Source: Eukaryota sp. TZLM1-RC (Eukaryota; Protista; Metamonada: BaSk clade). From it: a DNA stretch of 64,000 nucleotides. The notes below the pieces were generated by a model. It saw nothing but the letters and a program-made list of their open reading frames with translations, did no database searches and was not told where the DNA came from. Made by a program: the position numbers and the translations under genes. Numbering within the stretch: the first letter of the stretch is position 1; each line of letters begins with the position of its first letter. Shown one piece after another: positions 23,290 through 36,443 of this stretch. The stretch is taken from assembly GCA_040285825.1 (NCBI GenBank), contig JAUPSS010000001.1, forward strand, positions 992,001 through 1,056,000. Direction: 5' to 3'.

Positions 23290-24950
23290 TTGGTCCAATT
23301 GCTTCATTGAGAAAAATTGTTAGAATTGTTCAACAACTATTATCAAATTGGTCTTTCCTTAAATATTTCTAAATGCTTGTTGATTGGTAAAGAGATTGCT
23401 GAACTGGTTATTGATGATCAAATTGTTCCTTTCATTAACTCTTTTGAATCAGGATTCGATTTTTAGGTGGTTATTTAGCCAATTTTGAGGATATATGAAA
23501 TCACTTTTCCTCCCTTTTTGCAAATTTTGAACAGGAAATTGCTGTTCTTTCAGATTTAGATATTCAAAGACATCCTAAATTTTTCTTTCTCAGAATTTGT
23601 TATTCAGAAGAATTTAGTCATATCCTACGATCAACCTTACCATCTCTCTCTCGAATTTTGCAGAATTTTTAATGAATTAAGAACAAAATTGTTGGATGAT
23701 TTGCTCAATATTGATTCTTCTGTTTTCCGTGGTCATATTTGTTTATCACAGAATTAGGAGGCTTAGATTTTAACAAATCTAAATATTTGTGTAAAACTGC
23801 ATCGATTGGTGGATGCAAAATTTTTAAATTATTGAAACGTTTTCCTGAAAACAAACATTTAATAGAATGTTGTGGTAGTGATTATTTGGTGAAGGAAATT
23901 GGAGAACGAAATCGAATCCCTCTCTCCTCACATCTGGTCCAAATGCTTTCCTACCGATATTGAAGAAATTCCTGCCAGAACTTTGATTTCTTGAAGATCT
24001 GCATACACCAAATTGCAGAAATAAGTACTAAGGGTTTTTGAAAACTTGCATTTTATTGTTGATCTTAGCTTGCATAAAGAGAAGAATCTCGTTTTTACCA
24101 ACTGTTTTATTGATCTTAAGGAAAGTAGCTCAAGTTGTCTCATTTACCAAATTCTAGATGTTTATGTTTTATTCTTAAATCGCCATCAATGGACAACTGC
24201 CTTAAAAATGAGGTTATTTTCTGTGGCCATGCAGTTTGCCAAATGATTTGATTTGTCGTTGTGGTCAGCTTCTTATGTTGAATCATTTATATTATTGCTA
24301 ATTTAATATTACCTAACGATCAGTTGTTGATGATGTTGTTAGTTACCAACTGTAAGCCATGTGCAAAAGTCACCATATTGAAGCTTTTGTTGAACCACTT
24401 CTGCGTAAATTGCCACCTGAGAATGATGATAATACTTTTGGAAAACGCCGTGCTGATTTAATGACTTCTGCGTCTGATGGTGTGATGACAGTTGTTGATG
24501 GTTGTGAAGATTCAGCAATTGATTTTGCCAAAAAAGATGAAACTCCACTCTGCTTCATTGAAAAGAGCAAAATCAAGAGCCTTTATCTCGCCTAGGGTTT
24601 GTTGAGCATGTAAAATATCAGTTGGTTCCATTTGCTGTTTCTCTTTTTGGTAACTTTGGAATCTTTGGTATAAAATTTGTCGAAGGATTCTGATGTTTCC
24701 TAAAAGAAAGAGCAGGAAACGAGCTGATCATTAATTTCAGGTACATTAGAGTTGTTTTTAGTATACTTAAAACAATTTCAGAAATGATAACCAAAACAGT
24801 TACAATTATCACTAGAGTATACAGATCGTGCACTTGAGATATTAGATAATGTAGATGGGTGTAGATGATGTGGATGGGTGTATTGAGAAATTATTGAGTT
24901 CTAGTTAGTTGTTTATTTGTTTTGTTCGCGTTTCAAAATAAAAGAAAACA
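23290..24950 (+). mobile_element. Heavily decayed, 5'-truncated RT-RLE retrotransposon (second subfamily)
   Basis: GGLDFNKSKYLCK, KEKNLVFTN..IDLKESSSSCLI, HQWTTALKM, MCKSHHIEAFVEPLL..FGKRRADL; many stops and frameshifts. Similar to the element at 59306-60280. Confidence 0.9.
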
Positions 24951-26283
24951 TGATAGAAGATGCTGCTGAAAATGAGTACTAGAAATACGATACTGTATAT
25001 AACCACAGCCATTGTAAAAGAAATCTCCTGTTGAGTTTACAAAAGCTGAATTCCCAACTTCGATTCCCTTCATCAATCCCCCAAACCCAATGTAGTCTTT
25101 TGAGAGCATCGTAAAAAAGCTCTGACATCAATGAAGCTGATGACACTTAAAGCCAACAACCTCTGTGCTTTTCCTTTGTTCAAAATGATGGTTGGGTCAT
25201 AATCATACCCTCTTTTAGACGAATGAATGCTACTTTTGAAGCCTTATGTAATCTACCACGCAAAACAAAGAAGTGCTAATCTTTATGGAATAAATGAGAA
25301 ACAACTAGTACCCTGGGACTGTTTCAAAAACCTTCGATCTATTTATAAATCAGTCTTTCCAAATTGGATTGAGAACAATATCTCTTTGTATTTTCTTGTT
25401 AGTAAACATTTGTTTATGTTATTTCTCTTACAATGATTAAAGTTCATTAAATAACTACTAATAAAATCTACCTGAATTGGCTCTAAGCCTACACAGCGGT
25501 CCATTACGAGTCTATATCCAATAATATCCTTCAGAAAGGGTGGCGCGGAAACCTTTGGTAAATTGATGATGACAGGTTTTCCAACATGAAACCAGGACAT
25601 CGTTGGTGAGAGTTCTTACAAACAGAAGAGATGTCTGATGTCTCCTGAACAATGCAAATTAAGTTATAAAAGCCGTTGACTTGGTTTGACTCCAGAAAGT
25701 ATGCGAAAAGTCAGCGGCACATGGTTTGACGGAGGTTTGGAGGGAAACTGAAATTGGGTGAATAGTATTCAACATAAAAGTCAACCAAAGAGTTTAATGG
25801 ATTTGATCAACAATATAATCATCAGCTCGAACAAGTTCATTCTCCCACATTGTATTCTCACATAACCTGAAGTAAAACTCTGATAAACAGATATCAAGTA
25901 GAATAGGAAACTAAGTCCCCTCCACGTAATAATAGCTTTGGAAAGGGGTTACAACGGTGAAGACCCTTCAATTCTTCTTTTCAGTTCAATTAATATGTAC
26001 ATACCATTTGATTCGATTGTTGCAGCTTTGGTTTTTTGAAATCTTAATAATGAAACCACTCAATTACAATAACTCAACCATACTTGTTCCCCTTGCACCC
26101 CATCCCCCCACTTCCAACAAGAAAATAAAAAAATAGCTCAGAAAATAATTGTTTAGTGGAATAGATGAAAGTTTACTAAAGACAAAAATCTACAAATTAA
26201 TATTAAATTATAAAACTGACAAAAATCAAACTAAAACTTGTGTACAATAAACCAAAAACTAAAGAAAAAACTGAACAAAATAA

Positions 26284-27615
26284 CTAAATAACCAATGAAA
26301 GCACATCCAATTGAGCAATTTCACACTGAATTCCTAGCAAAAAAGCCAATGAAGGTCTTGTTCGGCCTAAATCAGAATGAATGAATTCCTTAACATAAGT
26401 GCCCGCAGTGGTAGTTAGATCTAAAACAAACCAAAATTTTGAAATGATCTCTATTTTGTCGATGCTGACGTGTCGGTGACGTGTCATTAACGTTCGCCTA
26501 TGAAGTACCCTCAATGGTGTTTCTTGCTCTATATCAAAGCTTTGACCTTGTAATGAAACAATTTTTTCCAAAAATTTGACATAAGTTTGATCTCCTTTCT
26601 GAAAATTTTGCCCATCAACATGAACAAGACATGTATATTTCTTTGACTTATTTCCTTCAGCAAACTTTACAAAATTTCGCAGTTGATCCCCACAAAGTGT
26701 CAGTTCTAACTGTGACAACTTGACAACTTCCGGATCGAGTAAGTTACACGTCATGATGACGTCATCAATGCCGATGTTAGCACGTTTAGGATTGTATAAG
26801 GTTGCCACAAAAGGTCGTCCTTCCAGACACCTTACGTCGATATCTTCACGACCGCTTGCCTCAAAACGGAAAGAGTCACAATCAATCAATGTGATTAATG
26901 GACTGATTGCAATGGTCGACAAGTCAGTGGGATAGCCAGGAAAAGGAGTTTGAGGTAAATTTCGAATTAATTTTTGATAATATCCAAATAAATACAATGG
27001 ATTGTGATTTAATTCAAACTTGATTTTGCAAGGTTGAGTGGGTGAAAATTTGGAAATCAAAATTTTGGCCTGTTCAAATGTGACCTTTTCTTCCACAAAC
27101 TTCAAAATTTCAGCTTGTGTGACAAGCGGCTTTTCATTACCTTCTTTACTGTTCCTTCGTCTACTACTTCTCCTCTTCCTATTACCAAAGCCCAGTTCCT
27201 TCCTCACCACCTCATCAAACTCTGGAGTGTCGACTTGTACGCTAATTGCGAGGTTTGAAGAAGTGGAGACTGGTTTGTTCAGAATGGAAGCGATTTGTGT
27301 AGAGAAGATGATACGAAGAGCATCTTTGTGGGGTGCTAGAGGTTGTGTGGAGTGGATCTTAGCATAGAGAAGATCTACAAGACGAAGTGTGATAGATGGG
27401 GTAAGATGGATCGCAATGTCTGGACATGAATATTGAGAGGCAAGAGAGGTCATGGAAGGTAAAGATTCCAAGAGGATATTGTTAGAGGTTGAAAGAAGAT
27501 TGTGGCAAAGATGACAGATATAAGACATATCATCTTTAACAGGTTCAAAAGGAAGAAAGTGGGAAGATTTAGTACGATGGATGCACACCGAGCAACATGG
27601 AACTGTGCTGTACAT
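26284..27615 (-). CDS. PUS10: tRNA pseudouridine synthase Pus10
   Basis: GYYQKLIRNLPQTP, catalytic SGREDIDVRCL..RPF, QETPLRVLHRRTL..R, AGTYVKEFIHSDLGRTRPSL, QLDV. Confidence 0.97.
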   Translation of the reverse strand: MYSTVPCCSVCIHRTKSSHFLPFEPVKDDMSYICHLCHNLLSTSNNILLESLPSMTSLASQYSCPDIAIHLTPSITLRLVDLLYAKIHSTQPLAPHKDALRIIFSTQIASILNKPVSTSSNLAISVQVDTPEFDEVVRKELGFGNRKRRSSRRRNSKEGNEKPLVTQAEILKFVEEKVTFEQAKILISKFSPTQPCKIKFELNHNPLYLFGYYQKLIRNLPQTPFPGYPTDLSTIAISPLITLIDCDSFRFEASGREDIDVRCLEGRPFVATLYNPKRANIGIDDVIMTCNLLDPEVVKLSQLELTLCGDQLRNFVKFAEGNKSKKYTCLVHVDGQNFQKGDQTYVKFLEKIVSLQGQSFDIEQETPLRVLHRRTLMTRHRHVSIDKIEIISKFWFVLDLTTTAGTYVKEFIHSDLGRTRPSLAFLLGIQCEIAQLDVLSLVI

Positions 27616-28243
27616 CGAGAAAGCAGGAAGTATTGATGTATTCGAGATGTTGGGTTGGTCTTGATCCAGATAAGTTTGATTTTGATTTGAGTCGAGTTAG
27701 CTGGAGTCATACTTCCGAGTTTATTTTTGGTAAAGTTTTTGATAAGGTTTTTTTCTAAAAATTTTACAATAACATATACTTTTCATCAGGGTTGTAGTTG
27801 TTTTGGGAGTTTTTATGAAACGTTATATTAGATATGAAAATTCAAGCAGTTACAGTCCAATTGTAAAAATACAAAAGAGTCTAGAGAACCACCGTTGTGA
27901 GTTAAGATTGATGGTAGCCTCTCAATCAAATTCGTGTCAAAAAATATCCGCTTCACGTCCAATAATGAATTTTATGAATTAGGGGTATTATTTTATCAGT
28001 ATCTTATTGTAATTTCATCATTGTGAGCAAAATGTCGATATATCGAAGGCAAAAACTATAAAGTAATTGTTTTCTGGATGTTGGAATGTGAGATCTAGAC
28101 AAGGACTATTTTTGAGTTATAAAGATTTCATTTCTTTAAATACAATTGAGATGACACCGGTAATTTCTACAAAAAACAAAACACATTTTTTATAACTTGA
28201 TTCAAAAAGGAAAATAAATGCAAAAACTCAACTACTACTACCT

Positions 28244-30205
28244 CTACAAATCCTCATAATCATCATAAGCATCACCAGGACCTGCACCACCGCCTTGTTG
28301 GGCTTGGGCCTTCTGCATAATTGGTGCCACAACATCTTCGAATTCCTTTTTCTTCTCTTCAAATTCGTCAGAAGTACCAGCAGAAGCAGGATGCGAGTCC
28401 AACCAATCAACAGTTTCTTCAACAATCTTTTTAATTTCTTCCTTATCATCTTCTGAAAGACTGGCCAAAGGACCATCCTCATCAAGTGAATTTTTAACTT
28501 GATAAACATACCCTTCGAGGGTGTTTCTTGCTTCAACAGTTTCTCTAATCTTTCTATCTTCTTCAGCATAAAGTTTTTCTTCTTCCACCATTCTATCAAT
28601 TTCATCCTGAGAAAGACGACCACCAGTACTTTCAATGGTGATAGAGTCCTTGGTGCCTGAATCCTTATCTTCTGCTGAAACATGCAGAATACCATTAGAA
28701 TCAATGGAAAACTCTACATTAATCTGAGGCACACCACGTGGAGCTTCTTTAATGCCCTTCAATTCAAACTGACCCAGCTGGTTGTTATCCTTTGTCATTG
28801 CACGTTCACCTTCATAAACCTGAATGAGCACAGAGGTTTGCTTGTCAGCGGCTGTCGAAAATGTTTGACTCTTTCTAGTGGGAATTGGAGTGTTTCTTGG
28901 GATGAGCTTGGTCATGATTCCTCCGACCGTTTCAATACCGAGAGTAAGGGGGGTAACATCAAGCAAAACTACTTGATCAAATCCACTTTTTGAGAGAATA
29001 GCTCCTTGAACAGCTGCACCATAAGCAACAGCTTCATCGGGATTGACACCTTGAGAAGGTTCTTTTCCATTAAAATAGTCCTTGATAAGAGATCTAATCT
29101 TGGGAATACGGGTAGAACCACCAACAAGGACAATCTCGTTTACTTCAGATTTGTCAATACCAGCGTCCTTCAAGACACGATCAACGGGGCGGAGAGTTTT
29201 CTTAAACAAATCCATGTTAAGTTCTTCAAACTTGGCACGTGTGAGAGTATATGAAAAATCAATTCCTTCATAAAGGGCATCAATCTCAATACGCTCGGAT
29301 ACCTTTGTAGATAAAGCTCTCTTGGCGTTTTCAGCGGCTCTACGGAGTTTCTGGATGGATTTGAGAGATTTTGATGGATCCACGTTATGTTGACGTTTGA
29401 CAACCTTGATGAGATAATCCACAAGTCTATTGTCAAAATCTTCACCTCCAAGATGAGTATCTCCAGATGTAGACACGACTTCAAAGACACCAGCTTCAAC
29501 AGAGAGAAGTGAGACATCAAAGGTACCACCACCAAGATCGTAGACCAAGATGTAACGTTCATTATCATCTTCTACCTGAGTAACACCATAAGCTAGGGAG
29601 GCAGCGGTGGGTTCGTTAATGATACGTACAACATTGAGACCAGCGATTGTTCCGGCATCCTTGGTGGCTTGTCGTTGAGCATCATTAAAGTAGGCGGGGA
29701 CAGTGACAACGGCGTTCTTCACGGGTTGGCCAATGTATGCTTCAGCGGTTTGCTTCATTCTGGTAAGAACCATGGCGGAGATCTCTTCAGGGGAGAACCT
29801 CTTATCGGAAGTGGTGGTCTCAATGTAGGGACGGTTATCTTGGTTGACTACCTTGAAAGGATAACGTTTGGCTTCCTCCTGGACTTCTTTGTCATCGAAA
29901 CGGCGACCTATGATACGTTTAATATCATAGACCGTGTTATGGGGATTGGCGGCGGCTGCATATTTGGCAGAATCACCAACGAGACGTTCTTCTTCTGAGA
30001 AGGAAACATAGGAAGGAGTGATACGATTACCAAGATCATTGGCAATGACTTCGACGTTACCGGCTTTGGTCTTGACGGCGACACATGAGTAAGTCGTACC
30101 AAGATCGATACCAATAACGGGCCATTCCACAGTTTGAGACTCATCCTTGGCCACAGAGGCCACAACGAGTATGAAGAGTATATACAGTATAGGTTTCATC
30201 GACAT
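28244..30205 (-). CDS. BiP: ER Hsp70 chaperone BiP/GRP78
   Basis: Signal peptide [19 protein letters not shown]; [46 protein letters not shown]; C-terminal KDEL-like YEDL. Confidence 0.97.
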   Translation of the reverse strand: MSMKPILYILFILVVASVAKDESQTVEWPVIGIDLGTTYSCVAVKTKAGNVEVIANDLGNRITPSYVSFSEEERLVGDSAKYAAAANPHNTVYDIKRIIGRRFDDKEVQEEAKRYPFKVVNQDNRPYIETTTSDKRFSPEEISAMVLTRMKQTAEAYIGQPVKNAVVTVPAYFNDAQRQATKDAGTIAGLNVVRIINEPTAASLAYGVTQVEDDNERYILVYDLGGGTFDVSLLSVEAGVFEVVSTSGDTHLGGEDFDNRLVDYLIKVVKRQHNVDPSKSLKSIQKLRRAAENAKRALSTKVSERIEIDALYEGIDFSYTLTRAKFEELNMDLFKKTLRPVDRVLKDAGIDKSEVNEIVLVGGSTRIPKIRSLIKDYFNGKEPSQGVNPDEAVAYGAAVQGAILSKSGFDQVVLLDVTPLTLGIETVGGIMTKLIPRNTPIPTRKSQTFSTAADKQTSVLIQVYEGERAMTKDNNQLGQFELKGIKEAPRGVPQINVEFSIDSNGILHVSAEDKDSGTKDSITIESTGGRLSQDEIDRMVEEEKLYAEEDRKIRETVEARNTLEGYVYQVKNSLDEDGPLASLSEDDKEEIKKIVEETVDWLDSHPASAGTSDEFEEKKKEFEDVVAPIMQKAQAQQGGGAGPGDAYDDYEDL

Positions 30206-31003
30206 AGAGAGGATGGTGAAGGTGATGTAGTTGGATCCATGGAAGTGTTTCACTTTTATCCAAAGGCCAACAAGGTGCCAGCTCATCACCTAAATTCTCA
30301 CATTCCCAAATCATCATCCTCCCACTATGCATGCGTACAAGTTGTCCTTCTCACGATCCTGATTCCACAGGCAGATTCCACTGACATTCTTATGTTGTCT
30401 TCAATGTTTCTGTTTGTATAGTTTTTCACTTTCCACATTCGACATTGTACTTTGAAAATAATTGCTTTTAATTTATCAATGCTGATGATGGTTTTATCTA
30501 TCTCATACTCTAGGTTGATTTGATTCTGAAGGTCCTAAAATCACTAATTACCTGCTGGTAACGTCACTGTCCATCGGGTGTTTGTAAAGAGTTTACTTTT
30601 GTTGCCAGTTACTTTCAAGGCACAGCGTTGTGGTTTGTTCCTTATGGGGTTTCTATTAGGGTATCTGGGGTAGCTTTGGACATCATTCGACGTGATTGGG
30701 GATTTCTAGCTGTTGTTTATTGATAAATCAGCAAGGAGAGTAACATACAGTAGTTGTTCTTAAGCATTTACGTATATTTGATAATGCCTTGATCATACAA
30801 TTTTCGATACAGCAATTTCAACGCAGTAGTAGATCATTTATTAATTGCTATTATCAGTTTTAGCAAGAAATGTCTATTCTGTTACATCAATAGCACTAGT
30901 AATGATGCGTCTTTGAGAAAATAGGAAATAATTAAATTATCCTTAATTTTTAATTTATTGAGCATGATCTTATACGTACACACCAATTTAAATCAAGTAA
31001 AAT

Positions 31004-32002
31004 TAGGGTTTCGACTTGAGTTGAGTCATCCATTATCCGAATGAGTCAACTCGACTCAGAATTACTAAACTTGTGACATAAGACTTCTTCCTCTCCTGTT
31101 CTTCGATTCAACACAGGACTACGAAGTTCATCCTTAGCAAATCATTAAACTGTCTCTAACATCAACGGAGTAGGTGATATTCGTAGATATTGTACATTCT
31201 AGACTAGGATATAAATGATCATCTTCTTGCAGTAGAACAATATAAAATTGCTAAGTATGCGAAACCCATTTCCTCGATTATTGAAAATTCCCATGTCCAA
31301 TATAACTTATGTCCCTTTGTTTTTTCTTTGCTTGGATCTTTAGGTAAGGCTGCTATGGCTTTCCTTGAGGATTTTGTTGTAGTTGTAAAGGAAAGAATCG
31401 GAAGAATTTTCAATAGTGTTCACTGGCAAAACAGGATTGTCTTTTTCATTTTTAAGAGAATGGTGAAATTAATTTCTGATTCACTTTTTTCTATTGGGAA
31501 ATTTTCCGAATCTTTGGCAATTAATTGTTTTGATGTAGGGGAGGCAGGTTTTGAAATTGTGGAGTTTTAATTGTTGATTTTATGTTTTCATATTTGTTGT
31601 GGAAAAAAGACTTGTAATAAAAACACTTTTTCACAACATATATTTCGACTTATATTTATTCTGTTATTAATGTTCAAAAAACCTGTTCTTGACGTAGATC
31701 AATTTCAAGAGTTTCGACCCCAGAAATTAGAAACTTTGCTCTACCCATTTCTACAATTTCACACAAATTCGATTCCCCAAACCACAAAAAAATTAGATCA
31801 AATGCAGGTTAGTAGATTTTAGTCCATTTGTTTGCTTTGTTTCAAATACAATGTGTTTTTTATTTGAAATAACATAATATGTGAAGAGCATTGTCTAAGA
31901 TGATGTTGAACAAGATTTGAGTCATTGGATGTAAGAATGACTCGAGTCGAGTCAGATGAGTTTGACTCGAGTTAAGTTGTCTCGACTCAAATCGAAATCC
32001 TA
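31004..32002. mobile_element. Non-autonomous hAT-like DNA transposon with 22-bp TIRs and subterminal GAGTC/GACTC repeats
   Basis: Left end TAGGGTTTCGACTTGAGTTGAG versus reverse complement of right end TAGGATTTCGATTTGAGTCGAG (19/22 match). The flanking 8-mers match only 4/8, so the TSD is degraded or absent. Confidence 0.75.
31165..31610 (+). mobile_element. 3' RLE retrotransposon fragment nested in the hAT-like element
   Basis: KIAKYAKPI..YNLCPFVFSLLGSLGKAAMAFLEDF..HWQNRIVFFIFK, similar to 37064-37573; short A run at about 31603-31608. Confidence 0.8.
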
Positions 32003-32690
32003 GGTATTAATACTTGTACAATTTCATCAATACAGTTCTTGACCATTATTCAGATTAATTGATTGAACACTAGCTCGTAGTGGATTTTGGGACAAACTAT
32101 CCAAAATTACCGTTTGTCAAGAATGGAAATGAAACACAAAATTGTTGCTTGCTATAAGTACGCTTCAGTGTCAATAGAACATATGATTGTCAAAACAATA
32201 GTCTGTTTTGTTGAGGTTCTTATGTTCAAGTTTAAGCATTTACACCAGTTTTTTTATCTTCATCGCTTCCCAGTTTTTGGAATTGTATCACTTAACATAA
32301 GTTCCAAGACCGTTCAATGAAAAATACCGCACCACTTATACAAAAATAGAGCAAAGCACTCATTACCTTAGTAGATGCTTGGTACACTTCAAATTCACTG
32401 AAAAAATGTACCACTTGAAAATCACTTCAATCAATTTTTAATAGAACAAAAACAGACATTACGTTTCTGAATAGGTCCATGTGTTCAGTAAACCACAGTT
32501 GTACAATGTCCTAAAGAAAATGATCCCCGTAGACTAACTGTGAAAATACAATATGTATCAGTGGCATGAATGTTGCTATCCAAGAGCTAGTGGTGATTTA
32601 TGTTGTGTTGATTCAAGATTTTATTAGAAGCCAAAGGTCAGAATGTCAAAGTGTCGACAGATCAAACTATCATCGATTTTCTCAGTGTCA

Positions 32691-33109
32691 ATGAAGTACG
32701 TCTTCTTATGTATTACCCTCTATTGTGTTCTCCAAGCTAGTGCTCACACGCACACGATGAAAATCATCAATGACAAATCAAGTGACAGTACTTTGGCAAG
32801 TAGCGAACTCATTGATGGTAGTATGTCTTCTGATCTTCATTGACAATAGCTGTTTGGGATCCCAATCCTCCTCCTAAAAAAATTTATGGGCGACAAGCTG
32901 CGATCACTGGTTTTATTGGCACCATGGCTCGCTTCACCTACGGAAGCTCAGCTTGGAGTGAAAACGTTTCTGTCAGATTTGGACTTAAGTATGATGGAGA
33001 ACCTTACTGTGATGTGTCCACTGGTTACAAGCGAAAAGCAAAGTGTCACTTTGAAAACCATCCTGAGAACGAAGAGACCTTTTACACCCTCATCATGCAA
33101 GTAGCGTAG
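32691..33109 (+). CDS. Small secreted protein (two exons), possibly aegerolysin/actinoporin-like beta-sandwich
   Basis: Signal peptide MKYVFLCITLYCVLQASA. A 29-nt GTATGT...AATAG intron at 32821-32849 joins ORFs 32643-32843 and 32840-33109 in frame (ELIDGTVWDPNPP). The fold assignment is inference only. Confidence 0.7.
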
Positions 33110-34110
33110 TGTATTGACTGTGTCATTGTTAAAGTTTCATGTATAAAGTTTGTGTTATAGAACAGTTCTTCTTCATTATGATATTTGAGCAAATGGTTGT
33201 CATAGCTAGAGCTAGACTACAAACTACTCTAGTCTGTAATTGGCTCTCTGTTCTAGTTTATGTTGGAAATACAGGGTAGTCTATATAATTGTCTTGTGTA
33301 GTTCGTGCGTTCATCACTTAGTTTAGTTCACAGTTCATCCGTTCAATTTTCTTCAAGACTGTAATCTATCAAACGTACTTGTTCGTAGAATGATTAGTCC
33401 GGATGATCTCCATCTCTAGCCATAGCTCAACAGATTGACAAAGTAACGCTAATAAACTAGTGTGAACAACAATAAAGGACACCTCGGCTGTTATGGACGA
33501 AGTTCTTTACCCATTGTTTTGAGGAGTCATCAAATTTATCGTTGTTGTCTCATTTGTTCCGGAATTGTTTGATTTTGAAATGCAGGCTCATGTCAATAAC
33601 CAAAGAATAATAAAAATAAATAATGGAGATATAATTTTGGAACAATTTAAAAATTTTGAACAATTCAAATTTGTTCAACATCAATCAAATCAATCGACTG
33701 TTGTTTGTCTTCCTTCAAGTTGAGAACAGTGCATTTGCATTGAAAACGAGTTTTTGCTTACCAATGATGTCAGAAACAGAAACCATGTGGATTCCCTTTT
33801 ATTTTAATAATAAGTGCAAAAAATGATATTCAATAGTGTTTACAGGGTAAATGTTGATAGAAAAATACCTATATTACTAATCCATCATTTATGAAAACAA
33901 CTACAGCAGAAAAAATGATTCTGAACTTAGTTCAATACTGAGTTTGACAAATTTATATACTTACCATTTTAAGAATCAATTGTGTCGTTTGAATAATTAG
34001 CTGTACATAACTCTAAGCATTTAATACTACAATGATTTAGTCATTAAGAAAACACAATATAAACCAACAAAAATATAAACAAAAGGGACAAATACAAACC
34101 AATGTTCGAA

Positions 34111-36357
34111 TCATTCATCACTACAACAACGATAATTGTATTCTCCCTTGTTGAAGCAATGGCAAATACGTATAGAAGTTCCATTCACTGCACAAAGCAG
34201 TGCCTCTATTCCCCGATTTTCCAATTTACAATTGTGAACGGACATAAATGTGAGTGTTGTTGTGAATTTAAGAGCATTTGCTAATGAAATCGCTCCATCG
34301 TCTCCTATTTCATTTCCATCAAGATACAGTTGTTTCAGCCCATAGTTTTGTGCTAGTCCTTCTGCCAAAGCTGAGGCACCAGCTGTTCCTATTCGAGTGG
34401 ATTTCAAATTTAGTATTTTTAAGGAGCGATTTACCTTTAACATTTCTGATAAGTAGACAGCTCCCTCGTCTTTGATGTAATTTTCGTCTGTATCACTACA
34501 AGAAATATCCCCCAATTGTAATTGTGTCAAGGTATAATTGAACTTGAGTGCATCAGCAAGTGCTTCAGTTCCTTTCTCTTCAATCCTATTATCGTAAACG
34601 ATGAGCTTCTTCAATGATGTGTTAACCTTGAGCGCTTCTGCAAGAGGTACGGTACCTTTATCTTCAAGATTGGCATTTGTAAGCACCATAGTCTTGACAG
34701 TCTTGTTCACTTTAAGTCCTTCTCCAAGCATGAAAGCACCTGGATGACCTAGCTTAAGACCTCTAATATTTAGCTCAGTGACTCCCTGATTCATAGAGAT
34801 CAAAAATCTTTCTGCCATTTTTAAACCAGCATACACCCATGTATTAGAACTTGGTAAGGAATTTGCTTCGGCAAAGATCTTGTTAACATCAACTTTAGGG
34901 AATTGAACAGGTAGATAAACCTCGTTAAGCTCTTGTAAGAGCTGTGATATGAACTGAACTTCTGGGCTCTTTTTGGGTTTGAACTTTTTAGAATTGATGT
35001 AATCCAATGCCTGAACACATCGACCTTCCAGACAAAGATCAGGCAAAGAGGTGTTTGAAAGTAAGTTAATCTTGGAAATCATGTCGTTTTGCTTCTCGAT
35101 GGCTGCATTGAGTGCTTCTTCTTGGCATACAGATGCAGACTTTAGTTGCTCAAGCTCTTCAACAACACGTGCAAGCTTGCCATCTTTGGCAGAGAGAGCT
35201 GCATTGTACTCGGACTGTTTTTCTGATAAAGTTTGATTCACCGTTTTAACTTCAGAACGTAAAATCTTCTTTTCTTTTCGTAATTGTTCATTTGAAGTCG
35301 TTAGTTGTTGTTTCTCTTCGCAGAGAACCCGAACATTATCAGTCAATTCCTTCTTCTTCCTGTTCAACTCTTTAATTTTTTCATTCATATTAACCAAAGA
35401 TTGTTCCATCTTCATGCGATACTCTTGATGACTGTCTATCTGTCCAACAAGCTTTCTGTTTTCTTGCTCGAGTAGACGAATTTTATGATGTAAATGCTCA
35501 ACAGCGTTATTATCTATATTATTACCATCGCCATTAACCATTTCAATCTCTGAATGAGGGTTGGTATCAGTGCAAGATTCCAACGTATTCAAAACTGCGA
35601 TAATGGTGTCAACAGACGGTCTTTCTGCAGGATGATTCACCAAGCATTGTTTAATAATGCTCTCCAATTCTTTTGGAACATTTTCATCAAATTCCAAAAC
35701 ACTACCCATACATTTTGCTCCAAACAAAGCAACCTGGGTCTTGATGTCTTCGAAAGCTACTCTATTCGTGAGAAGTTCATAGATAATGAGACCAAGTGAA
35801 TAAATGTCAGAAGCTTGAACAGGTTCACTTTCGTACACTTCTAATGGAGCATACTTTGGAGTGAATGCAGTTGGAGACGATTTTAAAGTAGTATTGTTTG
35901 CAATAATCTTGGACGTTCCAAAGTCAGCCAAGCGAATATCTCCGTGTACCAGCAGGATGTTTTCAGGCTTGAGATCTCCATGTATTACTGACTTAGAATG
36001 TAAGAGCTTGATGGCACAGCAAAGTTCTTTTGCAATCTTGAGAGTTTTTGCGTTGAAAGAAGAAGGTACGTTGAGTGATGAAGAAGCTCGTTCCATAACG
36101 ATCCCAATGGATTTATCAATGTATGCGATGCCGAAAACACGGAGAATTACAGGACTGTTGAGAAGCGATAGAAGGCCGATCTCCTTCTTCAGCTGGGCCT
36201 TTCCTTCTTCTGAAAGAGAAACCATCTTGACAGCAACTTCAACTTGAAACCAGTGGGCAGCATAGACAGAAGCAAAGCCACCTTCGCCGATATTGTATCC
36301 AAGTTGTAGATCATCTGCACTGATCTCGGGACAAGAGAGACCTTGCGGTGAGGGCAT
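34111..36357 (-). CDS. TKL-like protein kinase - coiled coil - LRR (RI-like) protein
   Basis: GEGGFASVY, VAVK, IHGDLKPENIL, ADFG, YAPLE, SDIYSLG; coiled coil; LRRs such as LKQLYLDGNEIGDDGAISLANALK. Confidence 0.93.
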   Translation of the reverse strand: MPSPQGLSCPEISADDLQLGYNIGEGGFASVYAAHWFQVEVAVKMVSLSEEGKAQLKKEIGLLSLLNSPVILRVFGIAYIDKSIGIVMERASSSLNVPSSFNAKTLKIAKELCCAIKLLHSKSVIHGDLKPENILLVHGDIRLADFGTSKIIANNTTLKSSPTAFTPKYAPLEVYESEPVQASDIYSLGLIIYELLTNRVAFEDIKTQVALFGAKCMGSVLEFDENVPKELESIIKQCLVNHPAERPSVDTIIAVLNTLESCTDTNPHSEIEMVNGDGNNIDNNAVEHLHHKIRLLEQENRKLVGQIDSHQEYRMKMEQSLVNMNEKIKELNRKKKELTDNVRVLCEEKQQLTTSNEQLRKEKKILRSEVKTVNQTLSEKQSEYNAALSAKDGKLARVVEELEQLKSASVCQEEALNAAIEKQNDMISKINLLSNTSLPDLCLEGRCVQALDYINSKKFKPKKSPEVQFISQLLQELNEVYLPVQFPKVDVNKIFAEANSLPSSNTWVYAGLKMAERFLISMNQGVTELNIRGLKLGHPGAFMLGEGLKVNKTVKTMVLTNANLEDKGTVPLAEALKVNTSLKKLIVYDNRIEEKGTEALADALKFNYTLTQLQLGDISCSDTDENYIKDEGAVYLSEMLKVNRSLKILNLKSTRIGTAGASALAEGLAQNYGLKQLYLDGNEIGDDGAISLANALKFTTTLTFMSVHNCKLENRGIEALLCAVNGTSIRICHCFNKGEYNYRCCSDE

Positions 36358-36443
36358 TGTGAACTTCTAGGTTGGTTTGTCGATAATGGAATTTGATTAA
36401 ATCACATCAATCTCAACCAACTCTAACACCCACATTTTGGTTT

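Noticed and set aside
24960-26000. Short ORFs at 25227-25600 suggesting a fragmented or spliced gene
   Set aside because: I could not assemble a coherent frame or recognise any domain.
30206-30289. N-terminal extension of BiP in the ORF track (similarly RIO1 9818-9874)
   Set aside because: The signal peptide begins at MSMKP (30205) and the first RIO1 ATG is at 9875. The extensions look like longest-ORF artefacts.
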